From IMG/VR virus record IMGVR_UViG_3300048503_000037: a stretch of DNA of 64,000 bases, one strand, 5' to 3'. How positions within the stretch are numbered: the stretch's first letter is position 1; each line of letters begins with the position of its first letter. Of this stretch, positions 17,173 to 28,136 are shown piece after piece. A model generated the notes under the pieces. That model did no database searches, was not told where the DNA came from, and saw only the letters and a program-made list of their open reading frames with translations. This DNA comes from an uncultured virus (IMG/VR IMGVR_UViG_3300048503_000037). Its lineage: Duplodnaviria; Heunggongvirae; Uroviricota; Caudoviricetes. The position numbers were made by a program, and so were the translations under genes.

Positions 17173-18714
17173 TTACCGATGTATCTGTGCTCGATTCAGC
17201 GACGGACGACCCATCGTAATAGGCGCGCCCTTCTTCTCGTTCTCCCGCTCCATCCGGTGCCGGGTGACCATGATGGACCGCTGATCCACGCCAGCCGCAA
17301 TGAGTGCCTGTATCTTCTCCTCGGTGACGATCTCATCGGGCTTGCGGTCGCCAGTTAGCCAGGTGTTGGTATAGAGGTCGCAGTCGATGCAATCGTCTAA
17401 CTCGTCTCCCTTGATCTTGAGGATGGCCCCAGGGCGGTCTGGGTCATGCTTGCGGCTAACGGCGGCCTCAAAGCTGTTCGGGGTAAGGTCGGTGTAAACA
17501 AATTCCCCGCGCGTGAGCCTTCCAGCGAGAGACTGAGCATTGCCGATGCTATCCTTGGCCGCGCTCATGAGAGTTAGCCCGTACTGGTCGAAGACCTCTT
17601 GGATGATTTCTCGGTTGCTCTTGCCGGTGCCGGTGTGGGCATCCATGGCCGGGTCGCAGTATCCGGTGATGATGCGCGTCCGCTTGCCGCCGATCTCACG
17701 CTCAAGGAACTTTTTGGCGATATGGGGCGCGTAATCGCTGGAGTACATCTTCCGTTCGATGTCCTCGCCGATCTTGAACATGCGATTGGCTTCATTCAGA
17801 AAGTAAAGGCCCGTCGCCGCCGCCGATCCAGACATGCCGTAATCCATGACAATCAGGTGCAGATGCCACCATTCTTCACGGCACTCAGAGTAAGGCAGGA
17901 TGTAACTCTCGTTGAGGAACGGGAAGAATGCTCCCTCTGTATGGCACCAGCAGCCGGCGATCAGCTTCTTTTGAATGTCGGCTGTCTGCGACATCAGCAT
18001 GGCGAGCTTGCGCTCATCGTAGGCTGGATTGTCTTTGAGTAGCGCTGGAATGAAGGCCGTCGTCATCATGACGGGCATCAAGTCTTTCTTCCATGTGGCG
18101 CCAGCGTAGACCGCCGCAGGCTTCACGCACCGCTCAGGATGGCAGACTGGGCATTCACTATTCAGGAACACATGCCGCAGCCAGGGCGTCGAGGGGTTCG
18201 CGGTGAGCCTCACGCGATCTCTGAGACCGTACTCTGTCGGGGTAGACACCCATGGCAGCAAGGAGCGGACGCGCTCCTCCGTCTGAAACTGCGCTTCATC
18301 AATGCCCAGCCAGGAGATAGGCTTGCCGGTGTAGAGTTCAACGTCCTTGTCGCTGGCCATGTACCCCAGGCGCATCATGGCGCCGGAGGGGAACTTCCAG
18401 AGCTTGCCGCCGTCGGACTTCCGGCCGCCCAAGGGCGAGTAGATGCGCTCCATCTCGTCCATGAGGTTGGTCATTTCGGTGTAGGACTTGCGGAGCAGAA
18501 TGCCGCGGAACCGGGGGTTATCGTACTCTTGGGCGGAGTCCGCCACCAGCCAGTTCGACTTGCCGCCGCCTGATGCTCCACCATACAGCACAAACTGCGC
18601 GCGGCTTTCGATGGCTGTGAGTTGCGGGGAACTGTTTGGAGCCCACCCACTGACCTCCGTAACATTGGCAGGGAGCGGCAGGAGGCCGCGATCTTCAAGA
18701 AGGATCAGGCCCAT
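17173..18714 (-). CDS. terL: terminase large subunit
   Basis: Walker A YGGASGGGKS, Walker B LGIDEA, LTANP, nuclease MDYG and DD..D. Confidence 0.9.
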   Translation of the reverse strand: MGLILLEDRGLLPLPANVTEVSGWAPNSSPQLTAIESRAQFVLYGGASGGGKSNWLVADSAQEYDNPRFRGILLRKSYTEMTNLMDEMERIYSPLGGRKSDGGKLWKFPSGAMMRLGYMASDKDVELYTGKPISWLGIDEAQFQTEERVRSLLPWVSTPTEYGLRDRVRLTANPSTPWLRHVFLNSECPVCHPERCVKPAAVYAGATWKKDLMPVMMTTAFIPALLKDNPAYDERKLAMLMSQTADIQKKLIAGCWCHTEGAFFPFLNESYILPYSECREEWWHLHLIVMDYGMSGSAAATGLYFLNEANRMFKIGEDIERKMYSSDYAPHIAKKFLEREIGGKRTRIITGYCDPAMDAHTGTGKSNREIIQEVFDQYGLTLMSAAKDSIGNAQSLAGRLTRGEFVYTDLTPNSFEAAVSRKHDPDRPGAILKIKGDELDDCIDCDLYTNTWLTGDRKPDEIVTEEKIQALIAAGVDQRSIMVTRHRMERENEKKGAPITMGRPSLNRAQIHR

Positions 18715-18717
18715 CGG

Positions 18718-19332
18718 TTAGAAGTCCTTCCAAGGGTCTTCATCAGGTTCAAAGGCTGTCGGCTCGGGCGTTGGCGTGGGGGCGTAGCCTGTCGGCGGCT
18801 GGAAGCCCTGCCGGATGCGCTCCTGCACGGTGGACTGCGGCGCGCGGTTGGTCACCACCTGCCGAGTCTCGGTGATCTGGTGCGTGATGATGGTCTGCTC
18901 GGCCGGGCGGTAGATGCGCGGTGCCTCATCCTTGGTCGGGCCGCTGCTGGCGTCCGGCACAAAGTTGTCATCGAGCAGCAACCCGATGCGCTTGTATCCC
19001 ATCTCGATGGCGTTGACTTTGGGGGTAGCCAGCGACGGCGTTTCCATCAGCGTCTTGCGGGGGATGGTGATTACCTGCTTGAGGTTGGCGTCCAGCATCT
19101 CGACATTGATAAGCCGCTTCTTGACGATCTGGAGGTTCACTTCGGACGTGATGTTCTCCATGCGCCGGGTGATCTCCTCATGCACAGCCTTGCGGCGGTA
19201 GAGGCCGGCGCCAGCCTTGGACGGGAATCCAGCCTCGACGGCGGCCTTGGACACGTCCCGGCAGGCGCAGTAGGCGTCAACGAATTTGTATTCGTCCGCC
19301 GACAGCGGCGGTGCGATGATCTGGGTTTCCAT
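18718..19332 (-). CDS. probable terminase small subunit
   Basis: N-terminal HTH-like KFVDAY...KAAVEAGF; directly upstream of terL. Confidence 0.65.
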   Translation of the reverse strand: METQIIAPPLSADEYKFVDAYCACRDVSKAAVEAGFPSKAGAGLYRRKAVHEEITRRMENITSEVNLQIVKKRLINVEMLDANLKQVITIPRKTLMETPSLATPKVNAIEMGYKRIGLLLDDNFVPDASSGPTKDEAPRIYRPAEQTIITHQITETRQVVTNRAPQSTVQERIRQGFQPPTGYAPTPTPEPTAFEPDEDPWKDF

Positions 19333-22300
19333 CAGATGACGCCCTTTCCGGATGTCGTGGCTGGGGCTGTGTCCGTCTGCCCCATAGCTTTATCGAAAGC
19401 ATCGTAGAGCTTCTCTCGCTGCTCGTCGTCAGCCACTTTGTCGATGTCCTTCTCGTGGCGCTCCAGAATAGGCTCCATGGCTTCACGTTCGTCGGCGGTT
19501 GCCTTGGCCCATACATTTAGCATCTGCTCAATGGTGAGGTTCTTGACGGCGCGCGCGATAGGCTCCTCGTCGGACTCTCGCTCAGCTTTGGCCACATCCT
19601 TGTCGGTGAGCTTGCCCTCGTCCACGTACTTGTCGATCTGCTTTTGGTCAACCTCGTCCTCTCGGTACATGCGGACAACCGCGTCGAGGGCGGCATAGTG
19701 CGCGGCCTGGTCCTGCGTTTTGGTGCCCGGTGGCCGGTTCTCCATAGAATACTGCCGAGCCTGGTTGATGGCTTCGCTGTTCTGGATAAACGCCGGGGCG
19801 GGCTGGAATCCAAGTTGGCCAAGCGCCACGTCGCCGGGGTGCTTCTTTGCCTCTTGCAGCATCTCTTGCAGAGATGGCCCGGCCCCGCGTTGCTGGAGTA
19901 ATTTCGCAGCGCCAGAGACAGAGAACGGGACCGCCTGACTTCCAGCCCAGCGGGAGAACTGGCCAAGTTGCGCCATGAGCGGGTCGTCTTTGTGCCGGAT
20001 CTCCGTTCCGTAGAAGTCGCGGTTGTTGATGGCCTCGGCGGTCGCTTCCCAAATGGGAGCCATCTTGTTGAGCGCTGTCTTGATGGGGTCGTGCGCGAAC
20101 GAGAAAACATCCTTCATGTAACCGGGAATGGAGTGCCGTTGGCCATTGGCTGTTTCGGGGTAAAAGTAATCCTTCCACGTCTGCGGGCGCTTGCTAGTCC
20201 ATAGGTAGCTGAGGATGCCGCCGAATAGCGCGCTCACCAAGGGAAGGGCGATACCGAAGGCCAGCCGCGGCGTGACTCGTGGAATCTGACCCGAGGCGGC
20301 GCGTCCAGCTTGGCGCCCTACGTCGGCCACTGCGCCGCCCAGTTCTCGGTAGCTTCCGAAGTTCCAGCCTACGGAGCGGGTGGCAAGGTTGAGGGCATCG
20401 CGGACACCCTTGTGCCAGAAGAGATTGTCATAGACCACCTGCCCGAAACGGTTGTCGATCGAGTCCCAGGCTTCCTGCATCCTCGACCGCGTGAGCCCTT
20501 CGCTCCAGCCCTGCTTTTGGGCGCTGTCGAGAATGTCGTGGGCCATGCCGTAAAAGGCTCCGAGTTTCATCCGTGGCACATAGAAGTCCATGACGGGCGC
20601 GACCGCCGCATGGAGGATGGCTGCGGGGATCGGCGTGAGGCCTTCCAGTACCGCACCATTGCGCCATGCGTTGATAACCTTGTCGAGCGGTTTGAGTTCG
20701 ATGGTGTTCTGGCGAATACGGCCGCCGGCTGATGCCAATGCTTTCGCTTCCTCGGCCATCTTTGCGTAGCTTCCGGGGGTCAGATATTCGCGCATGAGCC
20801 GAGAGCCATTGACCATCGTATGCAGCAGCGACGGAAAGACAGATGCGCCCTTGGCGAGCGAGAATCCCGCGCGCAGGGGTTTGCCCTCAGCGAGCTGCTG
20901 AATGCCCAGGGCAACGTCAGAGGTCGCAGCATTGATGCTCGTGGTCGAAGCGTGGAAGGCCGAGATGCCAAGCTGGAGAGCGTTGAGGTTCTGATTGGCC
21001 CAGTTGAGCGTGTCGTAGATGGTAGAGCGGCCAGCCATGCCGCGAGAAACAAAGTTGTTGAAGATGCGGGCGGCCTCGGCGGGAGCATAGTAGTGGCCGC
21101 GAATGTAAAGATGGCCATCGTCGTCATAGTTCTGGACGGTCCCGATGCGGTCGTCGAGTTGGGTCCAGCCCTCGGGCGGCTGCTTGCCAATGCGGACCAT
21201 CTTCGCCGTGCCGGAGTCCTGCATCATCTTCAATGTTTGGTGACCCATCAAGAACTGCGCCATCTCCGCGTACTTGGTCAGGAACGAATCGACAGGGTTC
21301 CAACTGACCGGCTTGAATCCAAGGTCGATGCCGTCCTGCATGGTCGGGATGGTGCGCTGCTTGAGGAATGATCCTTTTCCCGCGAACGGCTTCTTGCCGG
21401 TGATGAGCGCCTTGATGGTGGCCGATACCTGCGATGGGCGCTCCCAGATATGCGGGAAGTAATTCTCGATGTAGTCTTGCAGGACTTCGGGCTTGAGCGC
21501 CTGGAGTTGGGCCGCGCATGGAGTCGAACGCGCCCTTGAAGAGATTGGCGAGAGCCTGGTCCCTGGGTGCCAGCGTGTCCACCGTGCCGGACTCGACGGC
21601 GTTCCAGAACTTCATGGAGTCGTCGCGGGTACGGGTGCGCCACTCCTTCGATGCGTCCTTGAGTTTGTGAATGGCGATAGCGACCTTACGGTCCATCTCG
21701 CCGCGCGTCTCGCGCATCATAGCGCGCTGGGTGTCACCGTGGCCTGGGGCGTCGGAGAGCCAGTCCGCCATGCGGTCGCCGATGTCGGGGAATAGGCGGT
21801 TGAAGAGTTGGGGATCAGCAAAGCCGGTGTAGAACGTGCTGCCAAGGTCGGACTTCTTTTGCTTGGCTTCGGCGGCGGTATTCTCGGCTTCGGCGAGATT
21901 CTCCCGTGCTGCCTTGAGTTTGTCTTGCAGGAACTCTCGATCTTCCGAGCGCGACCGCCTTAAGTCCTGCTCAGTCTCTTCGATCTGGGCCTTATGGAAG
22001 GCTATGAGCTTGTCTGGTTCTAACTCCTTCGGCGCGCGCGGGACGCTTCTCTTGGCCGTTCCGGGGATGGTATGTGTCGGCTCGGCGAGGCGGACGGCGC
22101 GGACTTGAGCAGCCGGTCGATGGCCGCCGGGGTGTTCTTGACGAGGAACTTGCCGTCGTTCGGAACCTCAATGCGGATGAAGTCGTTCGGGAACTCGGCG
22201 GGGCGCGCGATGGCCTCTCCGATGCTATCAGGAGCTTTCTTGACGAGACTCTCCCAATCCCAGCCGCGCGCGTACTTCGAGGTCCATGCGTCCTTCACTG

Positions 22301-25300
22301 GCTCCAGCGCCTTGATGAAATACTCGGCCTGGTACTTCCACTTATTCTTGTCGGGGTCAGTCACGAGCTTCTCTTCAGGCTCGGTGAGTGGCAGGCCGGA
22401 AGTCTTGACCGCATGTTCCGCGTCGGCAATGCGGCCTTGAAGGACAGCGACTTGCGGATTCGTTTTTCCAAAATGACTTCTGTCTTTTCCGAGCATTGCT
22501 GCGAGTTCCGCTTTCCACTGCTCTAACTCGCTCGGCGGTTCTGTCCCCGGCGCAACGGCGGAGGCGTCTGCTTTGACTGCGGCAACCGGAACTGGTGCGG
22601 ACTTCGGCGCGATTTCAGCAACGGGTGCTTTCTCTGGAACGGGCCTCGCTTCCATCGCCTTGAGATCGTTCGGCGTCATGGCCGTTGCGCCTTCTCTGAC
22701 AGCCTTTGCAAGCTCAGCGCCGCGCCCTCTCAAATCTTTATCAGCTTCCAGTTCTTTTTGGGGTCTGTTCCAGTTGCCGATGTCAGCCAACCGGACGGCT
22801 GCAATCTTCGCATTATCGCGGTTGCTGAGTCCTCTGAGAATTGCCAGCCCACTTGGGATATGAGAGACTTCCCAATCGCTTCCACTGCCGCGCTTGTTGG
22901 AGAACGTTCGCTCCGAAATCGCTTTGTGAACTATCAGACCCCCGAGCGTATCCCCCTTAACTTCTGGGAGTTCGCCTTTCGGTCCTCTCGGAATCATCGT
23001 ACCGGGCGTAAACTTTGCGCGGGCGAGACGGTCGCGCATCTCGGTGGTGAATCGCTCCTGGAGTTCGGCGGTGTGCGCTCTCTCCATCTCCTCGGTTTCG
23101 CGCTTGGCTTGCGCCTCAGCATCGCGGTCAGCCCTGTCTTTGGCGCGGCTGTCGTACTCGTCCTTGGCTGCTTTGTTGAATGAGGTCCAGCGGTCCTGAG
23201 TACCGATACCAGAGCGGTCGAGAACACTCTCCCATCCCGCCTTGGCAAGATCGTGAATCTTGCCGATCTTCAACCGTCCATTGTCCCACGTCATCTGATA
23301 GCGCCCATCGCGGATGATTAGCTGGTCGCCCTCAATGATGGCTGGCTTGTCTTTCTCCTGGTATGTGCGGAGGGTTCGCTCGATGTCCTCGCGCTGGCCG
23401 CCGCGTTCCGGCTGTGCAGAGCCGATGGTGATGTCTGAGGAGTTCAGTTTTCTTGCCGCCGCCTTCATCGCCCTTCCGAACGGGTCGTCCTCCGGGTTCG
23501 TGTACTGGATGAACATCGCTCCCTGCATTTTCTTTCTCCTTCCCTTCAATCGACTGCGCATAGTCGTGCTCCGTCTTGGAAACGACCCACTCTGTTCCGT
23601 CTGCACCGTGGATGCGATAAGACGGAACCTTGATGCCAGCCTTTTGCTGTGCGCGGAGTTCGTTGTACTTGATGGTGGTCGGATGGCTCTGGTTCCCGGT
23701 TGGCACTCCGGCCCGGCGCATGGCTCCCAGTTCGCGGTCCAACTTTCTCTCTGCCGCGTCGTCCTGGACCTGCTTGATGGACGTGGTTCCCCCGCCCGCC
23801 ATTCGTTCGTCGATGATCTGGCGACGGGTGAGAACTTGGCCGGATTCGCGCCGAACCTGGGTGTCGAGGTACTTGTCGGCCTTCGCTTGCTGGGCACGCT
23901 TAAACCGTTCAGTGAGGCTCTCTGGCTTCTTGGGCTGTGCCTCTACCTTCGAGGATTCAATGGGTTTAGATTCACCGCCGCCTATTTGGTCCGTACGCGC
24001 TGGGCGGTCCATGACCTTTGCGCGCGCGGCGGTGGAGAACTGCGGCTTGGAAATTCCTTTGAGTTGGACCTCTTCGGAGTTGCCATTGCGGTCAGTGATC
24101 GAGATTGATTTGACGGTGAACTTCTGTCCGCCGGTTTCAGTCATGCCGGTGTAACGGTGGGCCTCCTCCGGCTTGACGTAGGCCAGTGTGGCGTGAGGTT
24201 TGTACTCAGGGAACGACCGCTCGACAAAGTTGCCGTGCTTGTCAATCTCCTTTTCCATGCGGCGCAGATCAGCGGACTCCACCGGGACCACAATCGGCGC
24301 GGCCCCATCGCTGTGCTCGCTGGGTGGGAATGCCTGAGTCTTGCCAAGCGTGGCCTCGAATGGTGCTTGCTTCTCCAGATAGGCTCGGATGCCTGCGGTG
24401 TCACCGCCATCGATGCCATAGCGCACAGTAATATGCGAATCGTTGACCATCCCCTCGCCCGCGAGGTCTTCCGGGAGAATGGCCTTGCGCATACGGGCGA
24501 GCGCCTTCCCTGCGTCGCTGCCGGGGGGGATGTCGGCTTGGGTATTGCCGTGCTTGAATTTTGGTTCTACTTCTTTCCCGCGATTCTCTTCCCCGCCCGT
24601 GAGTTGATCAGGTTTCTTTTCCGGCGTTCCTTTCTGTACTTTTTCTGGTCCTCCGCCGAATCGCTCATTAGCCTCGCGCATCAGGACGACGTAGCCGCGA
24701 TCAGTCCCTTCAAGGTACTCGGCCTCTGTTGGCAAGTCTGATTCTTTAGCAAGATCCCACCAATCCCGTGCAACTATGGCCGATTTATCAGGACGGGAGC
24801 CTATGGTATCCCCTGGCTTCATGCCGCCCCAATAAGCGCTGAGTTGTTTCTGGAATCGTTCTTGCACGGGACCAGGGAGTTTCCAGTAAGTATCTTCCCA
24901 GAACTTATCGGAGATTGCGCGCGGTGATTCCCCGTTCTCAATCATGTCATCGAGGACACCTTGCCCCTGCTGGTCCATAGCAGCACGACGCAACCACGCG
25001 CCGACTATTTGCTCGTACCGCTCTTTTGGGCGATTCTCTTCCCCGCCCGGCTTGGCTTGGACGGCGCTTTCTCCGGCAGGTTGAGACCCTTGCTCGACCG
25101 GTTGAACTCGTCCACCGTCTTCGCGCCCACCTTGTCCCGGTTGGCGTTCATCCACTTGCGCTGCTGGTTGCTTTTGAATGGCACCTTGGGCCTCCTCTGG
25201 TCTACCGTTTGCAGCATTACCGGCAGGCTGCTCTGCGCTGATCCGCTGTTCATGTCCAGGCTCCTTCGCCAGAGTCCCGTCGAGATCCACGTACAATGCC

Positions 25301-28136
25301 TTGCCCGCTGGAACCTCCGGCATTTCAAACGGCTTATCTTGATTTGTAGATACGTTGACCTCGTTGTCGAGCAGCGCGCCGAAGTCGTGGCCCTTGACGT
25401 TGGTCACAGGGATGTCGCCAAGTCCATTCTTCTGGACCCACGCGGTAACCTCGGGGTCGCCAGCGCGCGCGGTGAATATCTTGACGGGGGTTCCCTTGGC
25501 CGCGAGAGCCTTGATCTGCTCTACGCGCGTGGTCAGCGCTGGGCCTGGGGGCGTCTGTGGGACGTTGGCGGTTGCATCGGCGGGCGTGATGTCCTTGCCG
25601 TTGGCTAGAACCGAACCCTTGGGCGTGTTGACCATCCACCGGCCGCCGTTGGGCTCGTTGGGGTTGCCGCCCTTGATGGTACCTGCGGTGCCGTCCTTGA
25701 GGGTGACGGGCGTTCCCTTGGTGAGTGGCTTGGCTGGCGCAGGGTTGCCGAGTTGCGTTTGATCCTTGGACTCTGACAGCGCGGCGCGGCCTTGGTTCTC
25801 CGGTTGCTTGGCATCCTGAGCCTTGGCCTTGTCCATGGCGGCCTTGATCTGCGCGCCGAGGTCGTCAACCTCTTTCTGCGCGGCCTTGTGCTGCCAGCTT
25901 CCCGGCTTGGCCGCGTCAAGGTCCGCTTGCGCCTCTTTTGCTGGGCGTAGAGGTCGTCCGTCTCCTTCATGGCCTTGGCGACGGCCGGGCCGGGGATCAC
26001 CTGAAGCTCTGACACCTGATTGGGTTCACCGGGCTTGCCGGTCTGCACGCCATATTGAGGGATATTCAGACCGTTGTTGTCGATCTTGTCTTTCTGGACC
26101 ACCGGCAACTGAGACTCGATGGCCTGCTGGACAGCCGGCACAGCGTCGGGGTTCGGGGCCACCACGCGCACACCGAGATTGTCGATGTTGGTTTCGGGCG
26201 GCTTCCCGCGGTCGTCCTTGTTCTCGATCGAGTCGGTGGACTTCACGCGCGGGCCGACGACTTCGGCGCCGGGCACGGCGGCGGCGACTTGCTGCGCGGC
26301 CTGCTCCAAGATGGGCTTCTGATCCTGTGCGGACTGGCGCAGTTCGGCAGGTTCGCCGCTGGCTTGCACCGCTGGACGCTGGCCCGCTTCTGGCGCGGCT
26401 GGGGCGTTTGGCGCTGCGGTGGGGGGAATGGTCGTCGGGGGCGTCTGCGGCGCGGCCTGGGGAGATTCTGGGGCTGGTTGGATGTTGGACGGAGGCGAGA
26501 CCATCACAGCGTTGCTGGTGGGCTGCGGCGGGGCCGGCGTAACAGGAGCAGGCGGCGGCACAATCTTGGGGATGATCGGCGTCTTGCGGGCTGCTGTCTC
26601 GCCGGGCGGTGGCAGACCTGGCCGGTTGACTAGCACATTGCCCTGCGCGTCCACGATCGCGCCTCGGTTGGGAACCGCATCGGGTCGGGAGGCGAACTGC
26701 GTCGGCGGCGTGGTGCGCTCGACGGCGGTAGCGGGATTGAACGGAGGCGGAGATGCTTGGGGGTTTGGCGGAGCTTCGCCTGCGGTGGTCGCGGGCAGTT
26801 GCGCAGCGGGGCGCTGGGGGAGCGGGAATGTGGGGGTGTCGTCGGGAAACTCCACCGGGGGCAGCGGCCCTGCTTCTCCCGCTCCCAGCATCAGCGGCTC
26901 TTTCGGAGTGTAAACGCCAAGATTCAAGTCGGGGGCTGGCGTGGCTGTTGGATGAGGAAGGGCTTCCCATCCCAGAGCGGCTCCGCCCGCTCCGGCCACG
27001 TTACCAGCCAATTCCTGTACGGATGGAGTTGCGCCAAGCGCCTTGGCTCCCGCCTGCGCGCCAGTTTGAAGGGTGGATGCCGCACCCCATGCGAGAGCGG
27101 CCCGGATTGGATCGGCAATCAACTGCTCGCCGATAATCGGTTTGGATTCTTCAAAAGCACCGCCAATGACTTTGTTTGCGCCACCGGCCAGTTCGCTACC
27201 AGTCTGTTGACGGACGCCACGGGATGCCAGCACGCGCTGGAGAGCGCCTTCATCCCAGTCGGGATGCTCTCCGGCTAACTTATTGTAAGCATCGGTGTAC
27301 GCTTGGTCCGACGCAACCCTCATCCCCTGATTGATGTCTTTGGCGGCCTGAATCGGATGGTAGGGGAAAGACTCGTTTTTAACACGCTCAATGCGGCCCG
27401 AGTCTGTTTCTGTGGGGGTCAAGCCTAGCGCGCTGGACACCTTGGGAGCGTAGGTCTGGAGAGTTTCCCCTGGGTCGCTGTTCGCAATCCAATCGCGCGC
27501 ACGCTGGCTCCAAGTTGGCGCAGGAGCAGCGCCAATGGTGGATGCCGCACCCCATGCGAGAGCGGCCCGGATTGGATAGGCAATCAACTGCTCGCCGTTA
27601 ATCGGTTTGGATTCTTCTAAAACACCGCCAATGACTTTGTTTGCGCCACCGGCCAGTTCGCTACCAGTCTGTTGACGGACGCCACGGGATGCCAGCACGC
27701 GCTGGAGAGCGCCTTCATCCCAGTCGGGATGCTCTCCGGCTAACTTATTGTAAGCATCGGTGTACGCTTGGTCCGACGCAACCCTCATCCCCTGATCGAT
27801 GTCTTTGGCGGCCTGAATCGGATGGTAGGGGAAAGACTCGTTTTTAACACGCTCAATGCGGCCCGAGTCTGTTTCTGTGGGGGTCAAGCCTAGCGCGCTG
27901 GACACCTTGGGAGCGTAGGTCTGGAGAGTTTCCCCTGGGTCGCTGTTCGCAATCCAATCGCGCGCACGCTGGCTCCAAGTTGGCGCAGGAGCAGCGCCAA
28001 TGGTGGCGTTGGGGAGTTGGGCCGCAGACTTTGGCAGAGGAACCGCCGTACTGTCATCGAACGTAACTCCAGCGGGCTGCGCTCCAGCTACAGGTACTGC
28101 GGTGCTCTCGTCGAACTGGACGGCTGTCTGGGCCAT
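19332..28136 (-). CDS. giant polyvalent virion/DNA-ejection protein (~2,900 aa if joined), present as five ORF pieces
   Basis: pieces 25605-28136, 23332-25836, 22020-23897, 21124-21771, 19332-21341; FDESTAVP N-terminal repeats; internal enzyme-like domains; helical C-terminus; follows other ejection-type genes. Confidence 0.65.
25005..25184 (-). CDS. small basic protein overprinted inside the giant gene (MPFKS..QR.WM type)
   Basis: AGAGGAGG RBS then GTG; 59 aa in a frame different from the host gene. Confidence 0.6.
   Translation of the reverse strand: MPFKSNQQRKWMNANRDKVGAKTVDEFNRSSKGLNLPEKAPSKPSRAGKRIAQKSGTSK
27072..28006. repeat. 465-bp tandem duplication (155 aa)
   Basis: GGTGG junctions at 27072, 27537 and 28002; 5 substitutions seen between copies. 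Confidence 0.9.

Noticed and set aside
27072..28006. DGR template/variable repeat pair
   Set aside because: Differences are not adenine-specific, the copies are adjacent and in frame, and no reverse transcriptase is in the window
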